In this document: piece after piece, positions 55,634 through 64,000 of the stretch
Position numbering within the stretch: position 1 is the first letter of the stretch
How the letters are laid out: the number at the start of each line of letters is the position of its first letter
Source: Seison nebaliae
Lineage: Eukaryota
Assembly: GCA_023231475.1 (NCBI GenBank)
Contig: JALJEE010002326.1
Span: 1 to 64,000 of the forward strand
Direction of reading: 5' to 3'
DNA length: 64,000 bases
The notes under the pieces: generated by a model
Database searches by the model: none
The model's input: the letters and a program-made list of their open reading frames with translations, nothing else
Told to the model about the DNA's origin: nothing
Position numbers and translations under genes: made by a program

Positions 55634-56213
55634 ATGAAGTTATATCTTACTAAAAATTCTCAAGTAATTTTTATGTTTCTTCAATTTTCAGATACGAAGT
55701 TTGTGCATTCAGTGGATTCCGTATCCATCCAGGGCATGGTCGAACATATGTGAAGGCAGACGGTAAAGTGTTTCATTACATCAACTCCAAATGTGAACGA
55801 TCAGCGAAATTGAAGAAGAGTCCTCGTGAAGTCAGTTGGACTGTTTTCTATCGTCGTGGACATCGTAAAGGAATTGTTTAGTTGAAAGATTTTACTCTGT
55901 TAATTTTTATTTCTTTATTAGATCCAAGAAATCGTTCGACGACGTGCTACTAAAGTGAAAAAACCGTTGAGAGATTTCACAGGAATGAAGCGAGAAATCA
56001 TCCTCGCCAGACGTTCTGAGCCTCAACATGTTCGTGACGAACAGAAGAAGAATGCCATCAAAGCAGTTCGCGCTAAAAAGAAGCAAGATTTCCAAGTTTT
56101 TCTTATCGAATCATTTTATATGTAATTGTTTCTTTCTTTAGCATAAAACAACACGTGCTAAGGGTAAAGTTCATGATGTTCAAGCAAAGAATCGTCCAAT
56201 GAAGAAGAGATAA
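55634..56213 (+). CDS. RPL24: 60S ribosomal protein eL24, 4 exons (absent from the ORF track)
   Basis: Spliced product [77 protein letters not shown]. All three introns are GTT..AG. Confidence 0.95.
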
Positions 56214-56254
56214 ATAATAAAGAATTTTATATTTTCGAAATAAAATTTATTGTT

Positions 56255-57765
56255 CTAATTTTCAAAAGTTAATTGTTTCTGCATTTCCGAATAATAATTA
56301 TATCGGTATGGATCCAACGAAATCAAGTTTTGATAAATTGGATATAATTCAGTGATGTCACTATTTAAAATTTTCTTCAATTCAATTATCATCAGACTTG
56401 CATCTAAATAAAAATAAAATTGGGAATGAATTAAAAGAGAGTATAAAAAAGAAACGTTTACACTTCTCATCTTCGATCATATTCAATTTTTCGAGAAGTT
56501 GAAGAATGTTTTGGAATGATAAATTCAAAGATAATTTCTCATTTTCCTCATTCATATTTAACGAAAAATTTAAGACGGATAATTCGGCGACTATCCATTT
56601 CATGTAATTCCAAATGCTTTCATCTGATGGATCAACATAAATAGCGTCAGTGATCAAATCAATTTCTTTCATTAATATGATATGTTTCGTATCAAATTCA
56701 TTTTTAGTCTTTGATAATTTAAACAAATTACTAATATATTCGAAACAATTATTCTCTTCTAATAAATTCCATAATTGTTTGAACATTTGAATTTTTTGAT
56801 GCCAAGCGGAATAATTAGAAAAATCGTTACTGATCAATTCATTCATATAATCAATTTCTTCTTTAATTATATCTCTACCGATGATTTGTAGAAAACTCTT
56901 TTGATTCTTCTCATTTAATTCTTCTAATTTTTCTGAATCTTTTGAATTTTTCTCAATTTTGTATTCGGATTCTTCTTCTCTTACTTTTCCATTATCTACT
57001 CCTTTATTTGGTAATTCTTCATTAAATTTTATGTCCAATTTAAAATTTATTTTCGTATTATCATTTTCAATTCCACTTTTTGGTGATACATTTTGTATAT
57101 CGATTTCTTCTTTTTTAGACGGATTAATTTTTTCTAATAAATTTTTTTTCTTTTCTTTCAATAAATATCGACGATAATCCCAACAATGAAAGTTTCTTTC
57201 ATCATATCCGATAAATTGCTTTGTCAATTTTAGTTCGCTTTCAATCTCTTCTAAATTGTTCATGGATTTCTGAGACAAACACCATTGGCGATGGAACCAT
57301 AAGCAATATGCTTTCGGATTTTCTCGAAGACAATTGGAGACAATATCAAATTCTAATTTGAATAATTTGTATTGTTCATCCTTTCTCGTTTCTTCATCCG
57401 ATGAAAAGATTTCATTCAATTGTCGAGATAAATCTAATAAGATTTCTTTACGAAAATTCCAAATTGTTTGAAACTCTACAATGTTCAAGAGGAATTTTGT
57501 GGTTAATTGTAACGACTCTTCTGAATAAACACATTGACGTCTCTACAATTGGGTAATGTTGGGAAAAAATGAAACTTTTTTAAAAAAAATACTTAATTTC
57601 TTATTTAACCATTTCAAATAGTTGATTTCTCAGTTTTTTTATTTTCTGCCATTTTTCTTCTTCCTTTTTTCTCTTTTCGGTTAATTGTTCTTCCGTAGTT
57701 TTTTCTCTTATTCGTCCATGCTACAAATAAAGTCAATTAAAATTAATTAAACAAATAAGAACCAT
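56255..57765 (-). CDS. RABGGTA: Rab geranylgeranyltransferase (GGTase II) alpha subunit, 4 exons
   Basis: M|HGR N-terminus with an ATG-only first coding exon. Prenyltransferase alpha repeats TIWNFRKE, NPKAYCLWFHRQW, DERNFHCWDYRR, DFSNYSAWH and DPSDESIWNY; C-terminal LDPYRYNYY. Confidence 0.9.
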
Positions 57766-59312
57766 TTTGGAAAAATTATTAATAATTTCTTATGTTAAAG
57801 CTTCTTTCTTTTATTTAAATTTCTTCTAATATGACAATTTTCTTATATAAGAAAACTGAAATAACTGAAAAAAAATGACCTAATATTCTGTTTAATCTTC
57901 AGAAAATCAAATTAGTCAATGCTTTCTATGTTTTCAGAAGTTCTTCTTACATAATCGTCTCCTACAACTCAATATATATTATTTTTTATATTTAGCATAA
58001 ATCCCAATTTGGGCAATTTTGAATGAATTGAAATAAAGAAAAATAATGAAGATTTGACTCAAATCACTTAAAGAATAAGAATTTAATAAAGAAACGGCTC
58101 CGTAAGATGTAAGGAGAGAGAATATCGAGAACACAGTTATCGATCGAAAAGTTGGATATTTAACATTCAGATTCTTTCACGGTGTTGGGAAATGGAATAT
58201 CGTTCCAGCTTCCAAAATTGTACTGAACATGTAACCCATACAAATTCTTAACATAAGATTTTTAATTGGTATAATATATCTTTATTATTATAATTGGTAT
58301 AATAAATTATATCTTTGGTAATTTATATCTTACTCATGTCTACCATTGGCTCCATATCGCCACTTCAGAAACATATTGATCTACGTTGCCACACCGCCTC
58401 GCCACTTACCGTGACTTCGTTGAAGCGGACACGTGCAAACTCGACATCGATCATGGAAACCTCCACGGACTCCAGTGTTCCGTATAATAATAATAATAAT
58501 TGGATTTTCCTCGAAAGAGGAAAATATTTAGATCATGTGTGACCGTTTTATGGATAAGTTGAATAAAATACGGAGACGAATTGACACGATAGGCGTTCTT
58601 GATGTATCGTCCAACTGAAATTATTCGATAATAACATTATAATAATCATAATATTGTCATCATAAAGTTTATAAAACTAAAATTGATTCATGAAAATTTT
58701 CAACCTTCATTTGTATAACTTTCCTTTCCAATGGAAAGGAAAAAATTAATTGGAACGTTTCCAAATGCACAAGAATAAAAAATGAGATTTTGTTTTTCAG
58801 ATAGAAACAAATTCTTCCCTTTATTTGGATCGTACTCGGTGCACTAATTTTACATACAGTTATTATGGCACCAACCGTAGCTCTAACAACTGGCTTATTC
58901 TCCAGTGATGCAAATGAGCCAACTAGTGTGTTAATATTATATGAAGAATTAAATTTCTAATTCTCGATATTCTTTTTAAAACCGAGACTACTATTCCGGT
59001 TAATTCAACTACTACAACGACTACTGGCAAATCTACAATATAATCAACCTAGTTTAAATTATTTCGGTGATTTCGTCATTCTTAAAAAATTTTGTTCCCC
59101 CGATCTTAAAAATATGAAACCATTTTAGTTGTTTTTCGATTAACTTTTAGCGATTAACGTGGAGTTCTAGGATTAGTTCTAGAAAAGTTAAGAAATGAGA
59201 TGTTAACTAACAATTGTAAGTTTTAAATATAAAATAAAACTGGAAACGAAATAGTTTCTAATTTTCATTACTATATTCTTTTATTTTTCTTTTTACGGTT
59301 ACCTTTTTCCGA

Positions 59313-60782
59313 ATGTTTTATAAGAGTAATTTAATGTATGAAAGATGGCATATTTTAGATCAAATGGGAGAACATTCTAATCAGAAAGTTGCCGGTTATT
59401 ACAATAATAAAGATTTAGGTGTATGTGCCACTAATGTTTTATTGAGCATGATAATGTCTAGTAACATGTTAATGGACATACTTCAATGTAAACATCGTTG
59501 TTCCGAGGCTAGTTTCTACGAGAAGATGGATAATGTTAGGAATTATATGAGAGGACGTAGTCTTTATGAACCACCATTTGGCATATGTTTTCGTGATGTT
59601 TTACTCGCAGGAGTAACTTCAGTTTATCAAAATAAAACTTATAAAGGTAAATTTGGAGTTGTAGGAGATTATTGTGTAACGAAAGCTTCTGAAAATAGAA
59701 GACCATCTGAAATTATACCATTTAATAAAATGGAACCGGATCAATCAATCGAAGATGAACTAAATCAATATCCTAGTGGTCGAATACGGCTTGATTCTGT
59801 ATTGACAGATTTGTTTGAAGTGAAATCTGTTCGATATCCTTCCCGACTTTATTCTTATTATTATTATTGTAAACTTAATTTATTAAACATCGAAGTTAAG
59901 ACGCAAAATATTGCATATAATGGTTTCGAACCAAAACCATTTACACCTTATTATTTTGGCGATCTCGGAGATGATTTAATGGAGGATATAGCGAACCAAT
60001 TATCAAAAGAGAAGATTAATCCAGAATTGATTCATCTTGCATTTGCTTTTAATGCCAATATCAGAATCCATCAATTGACATTCGATTATTTCGTTTCGAT
60101 TATTTCAGAAGCGGAACGTGGTGGATATTTTAATGAAACGACTATTGATCTTCCTGTTTATCTTTACGAGCATTTATTTACTGTGCCAAAGATTGTGAAT
60201 GATAATCATATAATTCCATTTCAAATAGGAGAGGAAGATGTACTTTATCGTTTACAATCATTCTCTGTCAAAATGACAGAAGAAGCCAAATTAAATATAA
60301 ATGATATCGGTGAAATAAATGAAGATAAGGAGGAATTAAGAGAATGTTTAAATACCTTTCGACAAAAAACTAAGATGCTCCTCCAGAATAAAAATGACAT
60401 TCTGGGAAATTTAATTGACAAGTTTATCCAAAAACACATTAGCGCATTCCGTTCATTATGTGATGGCGTTGTTCATAAGGGTGAGCTATATGAAAAGGTT
60501 CAAGCCAACTCTCACCTAATACATACTTTCGCCATAAGCTTAATAAACGGTACATGGTTTATGATGAATGATAATTATTCTTTCAAAATATCCAACATAG
60601 GTGACATGACTGAACTGCTTTCCGATGAGAATGTGGATGGTGTCCTACTTGAACGCATTAATGATCTATCGGAATGGGAAAACCGTTTGGGAAAGTTGGG
60701 AGGACGTTTATCTAGTTCCGAGGATGATGCAACAGATTCTTTACATGATGACAATAGCAAAAGTTCTTCAAATTCAGAATGA
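59313..60782 (+). CDS. 489-aa intronless protein, probable highly divergent USP (peptidase C19)-like deubiquitinase
   Basis: Long clean ORF. N-terminal GYYNNKDLGVCATNVLLSMI resembles the USP Cys box, and C-terminal GVVHKG..LIHTFAISLINGTWFMMND resembles the His box. Confidence 0.6.
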   Translation: MFYKSNLMYERWHILDQMGEHSNQKVAGYYNNKDLGVCATNVLLSMIMSSNMLMDILQCKHRCSEASFYEKMDNVRNYMRGRSLYEPPFGICFRDVLLAGVTSVYQNKTYKGKFGVVGDYCVTKASENRRPSEIIPFNKMEPDQSIEDELNQYPSGRIRLDSVLTDLFEVKSVRYPSRLYSYYYYCKLNLLNIEVKTQNIAYNGFEPKPFTPYYFGDLGDDLMEDIANQLSKEKINPELIHLAFAFNANIRIHQLTFDYFVSIISEAERGGYFNETTIDLPVYLYEHLFTVPKIVNDNHIIPFQIGEEDVLYRLQSFSVKMTEEAKLNINDIGEINEDKEELRECLNTFRQKTKMLLQNKNDILGNLIDKFIQKHISAFRSLCDGVVHKGELYEKVQANSHLIHTFAISLINGTWFMMNDNYSFKISNIGDMTELLSDENVDGVLLERINDLSEWENRLGKLGGRLSSSEDDATDSLHDDNSKSSSNSE

Positions 60783-61099
60783 TGATATACAACATAGATG
60801 GACAGTTGGTTTCCGAAAAAATAACTTTTTTTTTCAATTATATTGTTAATTTCCAGTATGATAATTTTAGAAAATATTTCAATATGAATATAATTTTTCA
60901 ACAATTAAGGAAGTTTCTTCTATTGAATGTTTACCTTAATCAAAAGAATTAAAAGTTAAGATAAGAACAATAAATCTTTATCGACGGGATGATTAAGTTC
61001 AAAGTTCAAACTGATCGAACTTCAATAAAGTAAATTAGGTAAATTAATAAAGATATTAATGAGAAATTTCTAAAATATAACTGACTGACTGTGAGAATT

Positions 61100-62869
61100 A
61101 TGAAGTATAACGTACTCGTATTATCCATAAGCGATACACGGACAATTGATGATGACAAGAGCGGAACAGTTATATTCAATTACTTAGAAAAACATTTCAA
61201 AAATTTTGAAGTTTATCGAAAACTGATAACCGACGATTTTATTGAAATTAAAGAATCCTTAATCGAAGCTGTTGATAAAGAACATCTTAATTTGATAATA
61301 ACCACCGGAGGAACTGGTTATTCTTACCGGGACAACACTCCCGATGCAACAACAGAAGTGAAAGATAAAGATGCTTCTTCTCTCATTGATTCTGTTAGGA
61401 ATCAGTTAATGATAAACAGTCCACATTGCATCTTATCTAGAAGCAAAGCTGTTATCAGGAAGAATTGTTTAATTATCAATTTACCTGGTAGTCCGAAAGC
61501 GGTGATTGAATATATGGAAATCTTAGGAAAATTTTTCCCTCACATTTTAGCACAATTAAATAATGAAATTACAAATTTACATTATCAACATAATATTTGT
61601 ACGAATTCTCATCGAATGTCCAACAAAATTTCATGGTTTGAAGCAGTAAAAATTTTGAATGAATATTGCGACATAAGGTTATTTAATAAATATTATAATC
61701 CCAAAGATTTGATGGGGAAAGAACTGGAAAATGATTATCGAACGAAGATTCCAATTCCACCATTTCGCACATCAATGAAAGACGGTTATGCAATCAATTC
61801 CAATGACATAGATATTCCTTATCAACTTTTGAAACATGAAAGTTTCCCTGAACAACAGTGTCACAGATCGCGATTAGAAAAGGAAAATGATAGTATGTAT
61901 GTTGCGACTGGAGGTAGAGTCCCGATAAACACAACGAAAGTATTAATGGTAGAAGATGTAGAAGTGAAAGAAAATTTATTGAGATATGTCAAATCACCTC
62001 GTGAATTTGAGTCCTCTACTAATAATATACGTGAAATGGGATGCGATTTAATGCCAGATGAAATTTTCTTCAAAAAAAACGAAGTTGTCGATGCTTTCAA
62101 TTCATTATTATTAATTTCCCAGGGCTTCTCGAAAATTAAATATAAAACTATGAAAATTGCCTACTTCTCAACTGGGAACGAAATAGTGCCGATGGAACAA
62201 TTTGATTTCGAGCGAAAGGAATCTAATTGTGTAATGGACTATAATCATGAAATTGTCAAACATATAATTTCATCATTATCATTGGATAATTCAATAATCA
62301 AGTTCCAATCATATGGTGTAGCATCTGATACGTATGAAAATGTAAGTGAAATTTTCGGTAAAGTCCTAGACGATGGCCCGTCATTAATTATAACAAGTGG
62401 TGGCATCTCAATGGGAAAAAGGGATTTCATTTACGAATATTTAACAAGGAACTGTGAAATTAAAATAAATGGAGTTCATATTAAACCGGGTAAACCGTTC
62501 ACATTTTCTATGTTCAAAAATATTCCCATTTTTTCATTACCTGGAAATCCGGTAAGTACATATGTGACTTGTCGATTATTTGTTACACCATTCATTGGAG
62601 GTTTTGATAAGATAACAAGAAAAATTTCGTATAACATAAAACCAGTCAAGTTCAACTTTCTGATAAATAGATCATCAGAATATTCAGATAACCGAATCGA
62701 ATTCATTCCAATTAATGCGGACAACATTCCAGCTGTATATCAATGTGGTACTTCCGCAGCTGTGAAACTTCTCTCCAATACAAATAGCTTATACGTAAGA
62801 GCAAATAACCCTGATGACATAATGAAAAATCTGACAGATTATAAGGGATATTTAATTAAATTTGATTAA
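61100..62869 (+). CDS. GPHN: Gephyrin/cinnamon (fused MogA-like G domain + MoeA-like E domain), intronless
   Basis: VLSISD..DDKSG, ITTGGTG..RDNTPDAT and INLPGSPKA (G domain); PPFRTSMKDGYA, FSTGNEI, TSGGISMGKRD, KPGKP and LPGNPVS (E domain). The first ATG is at 61100. Confidence 0.92.
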   Translation: MKYNVLVLSISDTRTIDDDKSGTVIFNYLEKHFKNFEVYRKLITDDFIEIKESLIEAVDKEHLNLIITTGGTGYSYRDNTPDATTEVKDKDASSLIDSVRNQLMINSPHCILSRSKAVIRKNCLIINLPGSPKAVIEYMEILGKFFPHILAQLNNEITNLHYQHNICTNSHRMSNKISWFEAVKILNEYCDIRLFNKYYNPKDLMGKELENDYRTKIPIPPFRTSMKDGYAINSNDIDIPYQLLKHESFPEQQCHRSRLEKENDSMYVATGGRVPINTTKVLMVEDVEVKENLLRYVKSPREFESSTNNIREMGCDLMPDEIFFKKNEVVDAFNSLLLISQGFSKIKYKTMKIAYFSTGNEIVPMEQFDFERKESNCVMDYNHEIVKHIISSLSLDNSIIKFQSYGVASDTYENVSEIFGKVLDDGPSLIITSGGISMGKRDFIYEYLTRNCEIKINGVHIKPGKPFTFSMFKNIPIFSLPGNPVSTYVTCRLFVTPFIGGFDKITRKISYNIKPVKFNFLINRSSEYSDNRIEFIPINADNIPAVYQCGTSAAVKLLSNTNSLYVRANNPDDIMKNLTDYKGYLIKFD

Positions 62870-63525
62870 TATAAAATAATGTAATTATTATTCAAAAATT
62901 GATAAATCACTCTAACTCTCTTATCTTCTTTCTAATCACTTTCTGTAATAGCATATTTATTTCAATTCTTTGCAATATTGATGGATTGTTATTAATATTA
63001 TTTGATTAATCAAATTGATCTTTACGCTAATGATTAGTCCTTGTTTATGCATTAAGGCGAAGAAAATTTTCAGTTGCATGCATATAAATGCCAATACAGA
63101 GTATATGATAATTTTAATATTAAATAGTCAATTGAATACACATCTTTTCTGGTCAGCAGAAAAGATCGAGAGTCAGATTGAAAGATATAAAATATTAATT
63201 AAAAGTCGCGATTTTCCCATTCGTCTCGTCACAAAAGCATATCAAAATCATTCCTTTCCATCTGCAGGAAAGTTGGTTTATAGTCGAGATCTAATTTTTT
63301 TGAACGATAATTATTTCCTTTCGGTATAATACTAGCAGTATGTAAAATGATATAAATGTATGAAGGCATAATATTGTCCGATAAAGGACTAAACAATAAA
63401 GAAACAAATGTTTGGTAATAACGATTTATATTTAAAGGTCAAAGCGTCATATGTGAAAGAAAAATAATTAGGTTATTATATTATTATGTTAGAGTTGAAG
63501 TGTATTCCGTTATGGATGTTTCTTC

Positions 63526-64000
63526 TTATTCTGCCATTCTTTTTCGTCGACTTCGTGTGTTGTAACTCGATCGAAAAAGTCCTGATGTAGATCATTTTAA
63601 TTGAAAGAATTACTATGGAAAAAAATAACAACCTGAAACACTCTCATTAGTAGTTGTTTTCATCGAGTTGCTTCTTTTAATCGGTGAGGATAATGATGAA
63701 TCCATCTTATCTTTTAGAGTTTGCATCATACTAAAACTCTTACTGACTGACGTCAATTGTGATGTTTGTTCTGATATTGTGTATCCTTCATCCATTAGTT
63801 TAAAATTTTTCTGCATAAATCCCTCGATACTTGTCAATAGTGTGACATTGTCTTTGTCGTTAATTCTTGTATGTTTCTGCAACCATTGAGCAAAATCAAT
63901 TCGGGAATTATTCAATTTCACCAGTAATTCTAAAATATCTGATAGGTTAAAAATTCGCTGATGCTACAGAAGGTCAGTGGGAATTACATTATGGAAAAGA
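63526..64000 (-). CDS. Partial gene (5' end outside the window) with a BAF-like helical segment and a Ser/basic C-terminal extension
   Basis: An exon starting at 63963 encodes HQRIFNLSDILELLVKLNNSRIDFAQWLQKHTRINDKDNVTLLTSIEGFMQKNF... A GTTGTT..CAG intron then leads to GLFRSSYNTRSRRKRMAE*. Confidence 0.5.

Noticed and set aside
58315..59060. Possible small gene (GC-rich ORF 58315..58542 and a TM-like segment ILPFIWIVLGALILHTVIMAPTVAL near 58810)
   Set aside because: I could not assemble a consistent spliced reading frame; transcript data are needed.

Overview
AT-rich, gene-dense eukaryotic (animal) genomic DNA with very short introns (mostly about 40-65 nt). The compact genome suggests a small invertebrate, possibly a spiralian; this is inference, not an identification. 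Genes reconstructed by hand: a small multi-TM protein, a compact prospero/Prox, a secreted multi-VWC (kielin/chordin-like) protein, two tandem KIF17/OSM-3-type kinesins, a large (SUEL-lectin+CUB)x~6 type I membrane receptor, CLASRP-like, an orphan ORF, a CAP/SCP protein, a 52-aa Cys/Pro-rich peptide, a mitochondrial release factor, beta-spectrin, RPL24, RABGGTA, a highly divergent USP-like ORF, gephyrin and a partial BAF-like gene. Non-genic elements include a MULE-like MITE with a target-site duplication, a LINE reverse transcriptase remnant and several short repeat arrays. Main novelties: (1) about 53 of about 61 hand-placed introns begin GTT rather than GTA/GTG, and none is GTAAGT, which suggests altered 5' splice-site recognition; (2) both KIF17 paralogs carry a ~900-aa insertion of degenerate beta-rich repeats in the stalk; (3) a repeat-spacer array at 577-796 with a sister copy near 38.1 kb; (4) a GC-rich multi-hairpin candidate ncRNA at about 40.8 kb. 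All exon structures and family calls come from reading the sequence only; no searches were run.
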